Source of the DNA: Ministeria vibrans ATCC 50519
Taxonomy: Eukaryota; Protista; Filasterea
Length of the DNA: 64,000 nt
NCBI GenBank assembly: GCA_943704425.1
Contig: CALSCP010002781.1
Location: 22,330-86,329 of the forward strand
Direction of reading: 5' to 3'
Shown: piece by piece, positions 16,759 through 28,019 of the stretch
Position numbering within the stretch: the first letter of the stretch is position 1
Layout of the letters: each line of letters starts with the position of its first letter
The notes under the pieces: model-generated
Seen by the model: the letters and a program-made list of their open reading frames with translations, nothing else
Databases searched by the model: none
What the model was told of the DNA's origin: nothing
Made by a program: the position numbers and the translations under genes

Positions 16759-18340
16759 TTATAATTCAAGTCGATTCATGACGACGGGAGCAGGACAATC
16801 AAATCCGCGATGGCCATGTACACCACAATTGAAGCAGAATGGCTCATGCTCCTCTTCCTCAACGCCCTCTGTATCCTCTGCTTCTACGTCTCTCCCACTT
16901 AAACTTTCATCAGCAGGCGGCATCAGCTCTTCCCCACTCGCACTACAACTCACTAAACACATATTCAATCGGATAGACAATTAGAGAAAAAACAACACTC
17001 TCTGCCTCTTTGTCTCCCGTACCTGAGAAATCCATTTCATCAAGGTACTTGCGCAACTTCCGTGCAGCTCCTGTAGTCAGTCCTCTTTGCACCAGATCCG
17101 TCTCTCCAAACGTAATCAGCTGCCGCAGACTTGTTCCTTCAAAATTTGGCTGAGAGAGAAAGAATGAGAGGCACAAAAACAAAAACACTAAGTTCTTACA
17201 GTGTATTTGTGGAGTCGTAGTGCTTTAAGCAACTGTCCTATTGGTAGTTCGCCCGACTGCCAATCGAGCGACTCACAGCTCAGACTGCGTACACATTGCT
17301 ATGATAAAGACAACAGTGTCATTACACTGTTCCTTGAATCAATTTTTGACTTTTGATTTTACGGGCGACAGAGGAGCAATACTACTTGATTTGCGTGCAG
17401 GACCCGAAGACGAGTCTCGCTTGCCTTTCCCGTCACCCTAATGGCCGTGACATTAAAAAGAAGAAGAGGGGATAAGTAAAGAACAAGGAACCGCCAAAGT
17501 GCATGCCTTTTCTTCGTCGAGATTAAGCAACGCGACGAAATCATTCACAACTGAGTCGTCTGCAGTCCCCGTCAGCTACAAAAGAAAACCAAACAAACAA
17601 ACAAACAAACAAACAAACATCAAAATAGTATCTTCAGACGTGGCTACTTGGAGAGAGGAGTGGTGCAATGGTGGTGTCGTACGTTTGAGCGCAGGTGCCT
17701 CAGAAAGGACTCCTTGTCGCCAGCGGCAAAGGCCGGGTGTTGGAGCGCACGCACAAGAAGAGTGCACAAATGGTCGCCAAACGCCCCGTGAGAACTGTCC
17801 ATGTCCTACAAACAACAACCCCAACCACTCCAGCAGCGGCATGAGATTGCTTCGCAGACAGCGACATGGGGCGTTTACGTGAACTTTGCAAATGAGTTTT
17901 GCGAGAAGGTCCGCAGCCACAGTGTTCCCAGGAGCCAAGAGCGGCACGTACTCATGCAGCGTCTCCATCAGCGTCGTCGGCTCGCTGGGCGTCGCAAAAA
18001 GCCGCTGTAAGTGTTCTAGAACATACACAATGGGGATTGGGTTGGAGGGGAGCGCGATCGGGCGCGTACCCGGCGAGTTTGCGCAATGCTCCAGTGTGCG
18101 CACCATCGATCGGGCCGCCTGTGCCCGCTTCTGCACAATGGAGCTGACGAATCGCAGGTCCAGAGGGTTCAGATGTTGAAATAGGGTGCACAGGACGGTA
18201 GTGCGCTCTCCCGGCCGAAGTCTGCGCGCGACGAGGCAAGTTCATATCGTTTCTCTCTCTCGTTGGTGCGACCGCACGTACCGCCCGAACCAGCGGTCGA
18301 CTTCGCCGCTTTGCGCCACGTATGTTGAAAAAGCACTCAT
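16759..18340 (-). CDS. ZCCHC14/ZCCHC2/GLS-1-like RNA-binding protein (N-terminal homology region, Smaug-type SAM, CCHC zinc knuckle)
   Basis: VDRWFGRLRPGERTTVLCTLFQHLNPLDLRFVSS; LLKALRLHKYT|PNFEG...GLTTGAARKL; CFNCGVHGHRGFDC at the C-terminus. Confidence 0.78.
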
Positions 18341-18614
18341 GCCAGCACGAGAGCCGAATCTACAAAAGGCGTTCACTTGAAGTGAAAAAAGATAAACAAA
18401 AAAATGAATTATGAATCAAGAATGAATATAGATAAAAAGCTAAACTCATTACTCAAACGCTACAAAGAATGCGATCAACTCAGCTGACGCCTGACATCTC
18501 ACATCAGCAATGTGTTTTGTGTAGGATGGTGCCTCATGGTGGCATGTTGCGGGGGTTCACTCTTAATTATTATATTATTTTTCTGTATTGTCATCCGTTT
18601 TGTTTTTTTTTTTT

Positions 18615-19661
18615 ATGTCTCGCCTTACTCTCTATGTGAGCGTCCTAGTGCCCGGGCTAGTGGTCTTAATGACGATCATGGTTTCGATTGCCGTCTCCCA
18701 GCTACAGAACACGCGGAATGAACTAGAAATTGCTCAAACTGTTGACTTTCGCCAAAAACTCCGTCACTGGCAAATGACGGTGGGAAGCGAGCGACCCAAA
18801 GACGTGCCGTCGTCCCATGAGTTCAACTCTCAACTCACTAGCTGGCTGGTGAGGCACGGTGCCGTTCTGGACGCAGCCGAGTTGGCTTTCTTCCGATACG
18901 CTTCCGACACCCTACGCGGCCTGCGTGCGACACGCGACCTCGCGCCGGGCGACCTGATCGCATCTATTCCAATGGAGACAGTGGTATCTGAGGATGCGCT
19001 GATGCTCGATGACGCTTTTCGACCGCTCTTCACCGAGAAGTGGCTGGACCCTAAATACCGTGTTGTTGTTTGGCTTGTCTACGAGGCGCGCAAGGTGCAG
19101 TCGCCCTGGGGTCCCTATATCGATGCGCTCTTTGACTCCTCGTTTCACAGTCTTCCCGTACTCTACTCGGATGAAAGACTTGCCAACGAATCATGGCGCA
19201 TCAAGTTCCTCGTCAAACATCAACTAGCGGACGTCCAAGAGGCCTACCAAAACATATTCCCGCGCATCTACGACCAACCATCCTCTTTATTTGATCCACA
19301 TCAGCCTGTAACTTTTGATGAGTTCCACTGGGCAGCGTTGGTGGTGGGCACGCGTCATTGGACGGAGCCAATAGCCGACCAGAACGGTCGTGAGACCTAC
19401 TTTCTGCAGGAGACACAGCCTGTCGAGGCACGTCCCGTCGAAAGCACCTTGCTATTGCCCTACTTTGATATGCTCAACTTTGGTGATATGGAGGTGTTGC
19501 TGCATGTTAACACCAAATTGAGGGTGTTTGAGCTGCGAGCGGGAAAACCCATCAAGCGTCACGAAGAATTACTCTTCTTCTACCAACTAATGTGTCGTGA
19601 TGTTGCCACAGTCCTGTATGGCATTCATGAAAGCAGTCATTTCCAGGAAAAGTGCGTCTAG
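18615..19661 (+). CDS. SET-domain protein (Rubisco-LSMT/SETD3-like class) with an N-terminal transmembrane segment
   Basis: Single exon; RGLRATRDLAPGDLIASIP, SPWGPYIDAL, FHWAALVVGTR, LLPYFDMLNF, IKRHEELLFFY; hydrophobic residues about 4-27. Confidence 0.8.
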   Translation: MSRLTLYVSVLVPGLVVLMTIMVSIAVSQLQNTRNELEIAQTVDFRQKLRHWQMTVGSERPKDVPSSHEFNSQLTSWLVRHGAVLDAAELAFFRYASDTLRGLRATRDLAPGDLIASIPMETVVSEDALMLDDAFRPLFTEKWLDPKYRVVVWLVYEARKVQSPWGPYIDALFDSSFHSLPVLYSDERLANESWRIKFLVKHQLADVQEAYQNIFPRIYDQPSSLFDPHQPVTFDEFHWAALVVGTRHWTEPIADQNGRETYFLQETQPVEARPVESTLLLPYFDMLNFGDMEVLLHVNTKLRVFELRAGKPIKRHEELLFFYQLMCRDVATVLYGIHESSHFQEKCV

Positions 19662-20362
19662 AAAATGGGTTCTAGTGTGTGTGTTTTTTTTGGTTGTTTT
19701 TGTTGTGAAACGCTCATGATTACAATTGAACTGTATATTTTGCTTTCATTGCAATAAGAAAGAGTAAAATGATATCATTATCATTATGGTGAATAAAACA
19801 ATAAAAAATAATGTAATTATGACGTTCTCATAATATTATTATGCCGTGATGTCTTGTGATTAATCGATGGTAAAATAGTCAATCTATCGCGAGTGCTGTC
19901 TTTGCTCCCTCTCGTCTCTCGTCACTCGTAGTGCTTAGAAAGTGGTTCTGAGCTGTTTGTGTTATAGATTTTTGTTTTATGACCAATGCGATCAGGCCTC
20001 TGAGTGAGTAAGTGACCTCTCTCCTATCTTAGTAAAGTTTTCCACTTCTTATAAAATTAATTATAATGTCTTCTCCTGTTCACAACGCTCTTGCAGCATC
20101 ATAAATCAAGACTCACTCTCCGGAGTTAAGCTATGAGTCTATGACCACTTGTGGAACAAAATGAGCGCAAGTTCGACCGAGGTGCTTGGGTCTCGTGTCT
20201 CGGGAGCTGAGTTGTTTTTGATCGGCCTCGGACTTTTTTCAAAAATGTCGTGCCAAACAAAGGAACAATCGCACAACTCACGCACAACTCCATCACATTT
20301 TTTCTTGTCTTTCGTACCCAACCCCCGTCGTATAGATCTAGACCATACTTCAACTGCCTATC

Positions 20363-21369
20363 ATGACAACCACCTGTTCGCCTTTTGTTCTCGCCCGTCA
20401 CGTCCCCGCCGCCAACGGAATGGGCGCCGAAGCTGAAAAGCTCGAAAACGATCTTGTCGCAATTGGATTCACCATCGCCGGCAAGTACGAGTACAGTGAC
20501 ACGGCCGTCATTATCATTGCCACAAACGACCATCTCAAGGAAGTCGCGGCAAAGAGCACCCTTGGCGCATTTGGCGCTGTGGTTCGATTTTCCGTGTGTG
20601 TTGTTGACGCGCACATTCAAGTACGACAAAACTGCCCTTCGATATTCCCCGCATCCTTCTCACGCCCACGGTCGTATATTAATATGTTTTGATTCCCTTA
20701 CGTTATTCGTACAGGTCACGTACACAAATCCGATGTGGACGGCAGGAATCTGCCGATTGAGCGGGTCACTGGAGCCGGTGGCCACCACCCTCAAAGAGGC
20801 ACTGGGTCACATTCAAGAGTTTGGTACCAAAAAGCCCCTTAGTTGCGAGGCGCTCCGAAAGTATAACTTTGCAGTAAGTGAAAGCGAGAGTATAATAACT
20901 CATATCTTTTGTGGTTCTTATGCTCCCCAATATAATTGTTTTGTTTATTAATTAATTGTCTCAGGTGGGCATGCCTAAATTCACCAACCAAAACACGTTG
21001 TGCGAGCACGAGTCGTATGAGGCAGCCTGTGTGGCGGCTGAGACTGGTCTGCGTGCGGGCAAGGGGCACACACGCTTTGTGTACCGTGTTGATGTACCCG
21101 GCAAGGAGGAGACAGTCTTTGGCGCAGCGGTGCTCGAGGGTGCGGGGGCCGACGCGCTCGTGATCGACCGATGTGACACGGGCGCATTCAAGAGTGTCGC
21201 TCATTTGCCATACGAACTGGTCGTCTCCGGCAAAAAGGCTCTTTCGCTCGACGCCAAGTTTCGCATTGCACAAAGTTTTCCCGACACCTCCATGGGTAAT
21301 TTTATGAAGATTTCAAACTGTCCGTCGGCCATCACGAGCGCCCTCAAGGCTGCTGCCAAGAACACTTAG
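20363..21369 (+). CDS. Protein resembling bacterial hypothetical proteins; candidate horizontal transfer; two introns
   Basis: Exons about 20363-20620, 20714-20873 and 20966-21369 join in phase 0. Motifs YTNP.W, L.KY.F.VGMP.F, AHLPYELVV, KFRIAQSFPD.SMG.FMKIS. Confidence 0.7.
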
Positions 21370-21587
21370 AGCCACATTGAGTGCCACGCCACTACAATGA
21401 CCATTCGAGTACTCTTTTTGTTTTTGTTTTGTGTTCTTCAATAATAAGACGGTCTTTATTATGAATAATGAGTTCTTATTGTTTTTCTGCTTCTTCTTCT
21501 TATTATTATTATTATTATTAATTTTATTAGTAAGAAGAAAGAAAGACGTAGTTCTGTAACATATATCATTGGGTTCTTTCAATGCGC

Positions 21588-23151
21588 TCAACCAACAAAT
21601 CCGTCAAGGTAGTCAAAGGACGAGTGGAGGTGCTGTCGCGCAACGGCCAGCGGACTATCCTGGGTCACGTTGGACGAAACGGGAATGCGGACGGTGGCCG
21701 ACTGAAGAGAAGTGGAGGTGACACGCACCACAATGTCATCAAGAACACCTTCACCATTGCAGCTCGCCAGCACCTGTGTTCGCCTGGACGCGTCCACATC
21801 AACTTGTTGGGCGGCAACCATGCGACCGTCGCTGGTACAGTCTACGTTGACCATGACTACAATGCGTGCGAGACCACCGTACACCTGAGTGGTGGTTGCG
21901 TGCAACATTGTGTGCGACGAAGGATTGCCATTGCCGATGCCAGCCAGACGTCCAGGTCCCGACACAACGGAAAAGGTCACTTGGGCATTCGAACCGGACA
22001 CGAGCACGCCATGCGAGTCCACAACGGACACGCGCACCAACGCCGCGTCCATGCCATCCAACACAAGACGCTCGCCTGTCAAGGTCGCCTTGCTGGGCAC
22101 ATCAAGTGTAAGCGTGAGTGACGTCGCCACTCCGGAGGGCGCCAGCACTTCGTGTCGCGCCATCACTGTCTTCTTGTCCTCCGCAAGTGCCACCAGTGTC
22201 GCATTGTGCACGGCGACTACAGGTGGAGTCGAGCGCCAGCCACCAACCCAACCAGGAGCGCTCTTGGTGCACGCATGCTCCGCCTCGTAGCCAATCCAGC
22301 AGCCGGTACCGCCCTCCATGTACTGCCACACACTGCACAGGGATGTCTCGTCATCGCAGCACGCCTGCTTGCACTCACTCGCCGACTTGGCATGCTTCGC
22401 CGCCTCCAATCCTTTGCACTGCACATCGTTGAGCGGCTCTGTGAACATACAGGGCACCGTGGGCACTGTTTCGTTGACCGAAACAGTCCACACAGTCGAG
22501 TCACCGCGCGGCACACGCATCACCTCCTGTGCCACTCCATCAACGTACAACTGCGCAAAAGGAGTCGACACGAGCCCCTCAATGTCCACCGTGTGCTTCC
22601 CCGACACCACCAGCTGATCTAACAGCGGCACTACGCGAGCGACATGCGTCTCAGGCACCGGTGGGCGTCCTGCATCCCCTGAGTCCACCAGTGCAAGCCA
22701 GTTCACTCGGTACCAATAAGCATGTGCCTTTGGAAATCCCGTCAAATCGAACTGTCCAAAGTTGCACGACACATCGGGCCACGGGTTAGGCTCGCCATAG
22801 TAGTCACTCAAAGTCCACACACCAAGAGAGCCACTCGAGAAGGGCAACAGGCCAGGCGAGTTCTACACAATGTGGCAGTATACAATTAGAAGAAGAAGCT
22901 ACAATTGATAATAATAATGAAATAAAATATAATATTTTATTTCATTATTATTGTATTATTTTTATATAAATTTCTGACCTGCTGTTCCATACAGGAAGAG
23001 ATTGAACGGGCATTAAGTCGCTGTGAATTGCAGGAGCAGCACTCGGAGAGCACAGTTGGATACGACGGCTGTTGCTCATGAAATGTCACAATGGTCTAAC
23101 AATCAAGACAGAAATCAACGATAAAGTCAATAATAATAATAATAATTATTG

Positions 23152-23209
<58 letters not shown>

Positions 23210-24796
23210 TAATAATAATAATAATAATAAGAGTAAGAGTAATAGAAATAATAATAGTAGTAATAGTAATACTAAATTACTAATAATGATGCAATTGATG
23301 ATAAGAAAAGAAATAGAAGAACTGATGCAACGTGAATTGTTTCCTTACATTGTTCTTGACGTGTGAGAAGCCGGCCACGTCAATTGCAGGGGTGCTCAGA
23401 ACTGGTCCACTGTTCCCATTACCCGTTGTGACACGTGTTTGATCTGCCATGGAAGCACGAAGGCGCATTAAAATAATATGACACACTTTGTGCATGTGTA
23501 CCGACAGAATAGACTGCGTTGTGAAAGTAATAGCCCGTCACATTGTTAATCTGATGGCATTCAAACTCATTGCAATAGGACCACATAATAATTGCTACAC
23601 ACACACACACACACACAACCAATCATCCAAAATGAAAGCCATGAGTTTGCTAGTGTCCTTTTGTGTGCGTATCTGACTCACCAGGATAGTTTCGGTGTTC
23701 CTTGACCATGTCGTGCATGTCGGGTGCGTAGGGACGGCCGTAGTTGCGGTTCTCATCCCACACGACCACCCCTGTCGCCGACAGCAGCGCGTACAGGTGA
23801 CGCACGTACGGGTTGTGCGACATCCGCCATGCGTTGTTGCCCAGCGCTCGTCCACTCTATAATAATGATTTATTATGAAATTGTGTGAGAGTGTGTCATT
23901 TGTTCATTTTTTTTTGCGTTCTGGTACTTGGACGTGAAAGAGATTGACGCGTTCGGGAACAGCAACGCCAACACCGGCAAAGGAATGGTGGTGGGAGAAG
24001 CCTTTGAGGTTGACAGACTCACCGTTGACAAAGAGTCCTTTGTCGGGAGTGAAACGGATGTCACGGAAGCCTGCGGTGGTCTCGAGCGAGTCAAACGAGG
24101 TGTTGGAGGCACACGCGACCACATGAGCGGTGACGGTGTAGAGTGCGGGTGACTTCAGCGACCATAGCGTGAGTTTGACGGAGGAAGTGAGGTCAAGTGA
24201 GATGACTTGCGGCGCTGATTGACGTGCAATGGGATTAGAGCGTGTCTGTGCCAGCTGCGTCTTCTTGAATTCGTCCCAGAGGGTCACTTCGGCACAGATT
24301 GCGACAGAGCCCAACAGAATCTGTTCAATTTCAACTGAAGCGTGCACCTGTGAGCCATTGTTACGCAGCACAGGCTCCACAAAGAGTCCATTGAAGACTA
24401 TGTGAGCAGTGGCGTTTTGGCGAATCAAGTGTACAGGGCGGTACAGGCCGCCGCCTTCGTACCAGTGCCCGCTGCCGTACGTAGCGTCCACGCGGATCGC
24501 AAGCACATTGGATTCCTCTGACAGACAAGAAAAACGTTCGAATATGGATAACATAATAATAATTATTATTACCGCCGCCATAGGCAAGGGTCGTCAGGTT
24601 GTCGAGGCGCAACGTAAATCCGGTGTACTCGGATCGATGAAAGCCCAAGTAGACGCCATTAAGCCAAAACTGCGCGAAATGGAAAATGCCCTCAAACTCA
24701 ATGGCAATGATCGAGCCTGACCAGTCGTGGGGCACACGGAAGTGTTTACGGTACCACGACACATTTCGCAGTAGATACCCATGCTTTTGATTGGCG
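21588..24796 (-). CDS. Glycoside hydrolase family 2 (beta-galactosidase-like), 3' part
   Basis: WYRKHF, FEGIFH, WYEGGGLYRPV, GFRDIRF, LKGFSHH, WSYCNE (acid/base Glu), LSECC (nucleophile), WTLSDYYGEP, FGQFDLTGFPK, GIGNGNP. Confidence 0.92.
23125..23290. repeat. (TAA)n intronic microsatellite
   Basis: Seen directly in the sequence. Confidence 0.9.
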
Positions 24797-24852
24797 CTAC
24801 AAAAAGCAAAACAATAAAATAAGGAAAACAAAGCGAGGGGCGAGTAAGAGAT

Positions 24853-24954
<102 letters not shown>

Positions 24955-25447
24955 CGCGTTAGCGAACAAGAGAGAGAGAGCGGGCGAACAAGAGCAGGAG
25001 AGCGAACAAGAGCGAGAACAAGAGAGAAAGAGAGACCTCTGAATTATCCTGCATAGGGCCAATGGCCTGGTTGGACGCCCAGTGAGTACATGCCCAACTC
25101 ATCGGGCTGCATCCACGCACACCCAGCTGATATTGAAAAGGTTTGCGCACACTCTACGTTTGAGAAGATTCAAACATGCTATCGTTGCGGTCTCTCTCTC
25201 ATTATGTGTGCAGGTTTGGCATCTTCTTGTGTCCATGGGCGTCAAGGTACACCCTAACTCGAATGGTCAGCAGCCGTACCCATACAAGCCGCAAGGATTG
25301 CTCTCTGTCACGCAGATTGTCGAAAATTGAACATGATTCATTCTGTCACTTCTGTGAATTTTCATTTTTTTTGGAGCTCTGTCTTCACTCTTCAGTCATC
25401 ACATCTTTTACATATCTCGAGCTCTTGCTCGACGGGGCATGTAAATA

Positions 25448-26039
25448 ATGGGATGCGGTGCGTCACGCTCTATGACGGTCGACGTTGTCGATGCTGTTGA
25501 TCACGATCATGCGCCTGTGAATGAGGATATCGCATCTTCTTCGCCGTTGCCCCGCGCAACCACAACGGATCGCTCCCAAGAGGATCCTGAGCAAGCAACA
25601 ATCACACGGAGAAGTGCCTCAGAGAGCGAACGACAGGCACTGCAGCAAACTGTTTCGCGGCTGTATTTGGAGCTGGAGGAGGCTCGAAAGGAAAATCGAA
25701 ATCTGCGAGGTGCAATACTTCTCTCTCTTTCTCTCTCTTTTCTTTTTCTCCAATCATCTTCATTCAATCTCCCTTCTCTTACTCTCTCGTCTTTTAGATC
25801 GCATTCTTGAACTGCAGGATCTGATATTAAGTGAGCACCGACCGGCTCAGAGTGCGCAGGAGAGCAACGACGCCGCCGAGATGCACTCGCTTGTTGAGAA
25901 TCTGACGCTGGCGCAAGCCAGTATGCGGGAGCTAACTAGAGCATTGCGATTGCGACAGCAACGACTTTCATTGAGCCCCCCACTCGACCGACGTCCGCCC
26001 TCCATCATCGATTCTTCCTCCTCCAGTGACGCAGATTGA
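25448..26039 (+). CDS. Small coiled-coil protein with an N-terminal myristoylation/palmitoylation motif
   Basis: MGCGAS start; two exons (intron about 25710-25797); heptad-rich LEEARKENRNLR|DRILEL. Confidence 0.65.
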
Positions 26040-26162
26040 TCTTCCAAACTCGCACAAACAAAAACAAAATCACCTCAAGTCAATGATCTTCTTCATGTGT
26101 GGCCACACGACAGCTGCGGAGCGAACCGACCTCGAGAGGGAAATGTATTCATTCTGTTTATT

Positions 26163-27323
26163 TTACTTCTTGGCAAATGCAACATGGAGCACATCGGTGG
26201 GCGACAGACGGAATCCTTGCAGCGCATCCTTGGCCACGGTGCTCATCAATTCACTCTCAAACTCAACAAACGCAATGTCGGGTCGTCCAGGAATCATGCG
26301 AACCTCTACGAAGCCTGAAAACCTATTGAAATAAAAAAGAAAGAAAAAAAGAAAGAAAAAAAAAACACACACACAAACACACAAGAACAACAACAATAAA
26401 AATTAGAGACATTTTGTTGTGTTTGCTTTGATGCTTGAGCACATACTGTTGGAAAAGACCGGTAAGTCGATCGGCAGTGGTGTCTGCGGGGAGTGAGGTG
26501 AGGAAGAGAATCTGGTTGGGGGGTTCTTCGCCGGCGGCAGCAGTGCGTCGTGCAGCAGCGCCGCGCGCGTCCGCTCGCTTAGCGGCTGGCCCTCCGGCTG
26601 CGCCTGCGCCTGCGCCTGTCCCAGCGCTCCCTCCAAACTGTGTGTTTCCATCGTCTCCCTCGGCCTTGCGCTTCTTGGACGCGCGCTCCTTGTAGGTGCC
26701 GTCGAGCTTGGCAATTGCATCGCTTTTCGCCTTGGCAAACGACACTTTCTAAGATACCGAAAGGCGAAAGAACGGTGAAAAAGACATCTCATGCTTGTCG
26801 GCTGACGGCACGCGCTCTGACAATAGAGGTGCCAAAGGTGCTTCTCCACACCAGGTCGACACAGACACAAATGGGGAGTCAAGACGACGTTTGTCTTTCG
26901 ATTTCACTCTCTCTCTCTCTCCTCAAACTCTCTCTCTCACACACACACTCCACTCTAGCATAGACAACGCCGCGATAAGCACATCACAAACCCACGCGTA
27001 TTACACACATACACCAGGTGCGCTACGGAAGCAGGGCCAAGAGGGAACGGCAAGAGAGACGAGACCAAATTTTTTCGTACCATGGGCTTCTCCATAAAAC
27101 TAAATCCTTGCATAGCGCGCAGCGCCGTGGCTGCCGCTGCAATGTCTTGGAACACCACAAAGGCCTGGCCGCGTTTCTTGAGTGTTTTCTTGGCGCACAC
27201 ATCGACAATGGGCCCGAACTGGCCGAACAGGGTGTACAGACCCTTTTTGAGCTCGTCCAGCTTGGTCTTTTCGTTGAGGTTGTTAATATACAATGTGTGG
27301 TTTGGGGGGAGGTCTGCCGCCAT
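26163..27323 (-). CDS. SNRPA: U1A/U2B'' spliceosomal RRM protein
   Basis: [59 protein letters not shown]; three exons. U1A and U2B'' cannot be told apart here. Confidence 0.92.
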
Positions 27324-28019
27324 GATGGGAAGCACGATTGAAAGAGAAAAAAAAATAAGAAAAGAAAATAGTCAAGACTCAAGATAACAAACAATTCAGA
27401 GTCAAGTCTGTCAAGAGTGAACTGTGAATTCACTGGGAACACACGATGAATACAAAAGATCAAAACACGAATTAGGTCACGTTCAAAAATCATAAGTGAA
27501 AGTAATAAGAAATTAGTCAGAGTGCAAGATTGATGGACGATGGACGACAAGACGTCGCAGACGGACGAGTAAACACTCAATTAAGTATTAATACTGCATA
27601 TTCGCATACTTTACCACCATAACTTTCAAAAGTGTATTTTGGTGCCTTACTGGGTGAGACGGTGATCATGATTCATGATTTAATCACTCACTCGTGAATG
27701 ACATGAACAGTCGATGTCATGACAGAGAGTCACAAGTGAATGCAGAGCGGTCTTTGATATTTTGACAATAAAATTAAAACAGTCATATCGATCAAGGTTA
27801 AGTAGTCACCAAGAAAAAATAAAGACGACCGGTTTCAATAGATACGAGTGGCTGAGGCACGTTTAATTGAGGATGCTTACCTTTTCTTCGATCGTGAACC
27901 GATTTCGTTGATAATAATTCATAATAATTAATTAATAATAATAATAATAATATTCACTTTTATATTCTCACACCCACCAATCTATTTTACTCCCTACTAC
28001 CGTACCTTATCAATATATC

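Noticed and set aside
24959-25340. Possible 5' end of another minus-strand gene upstream of the GH2 3' half
   Set aside because: An ATG and donor-like sites exist but no convincing reading frame could be built, so it is not called as a CDS.
26756-27080. Possible H/ACA snoRNA or U1A autoregulatory element in the U1A intron or 3' UTR
   Set aside because: A small hairpin and ACA are present but no convincing H box, and I saw no AUUGCAC sites.
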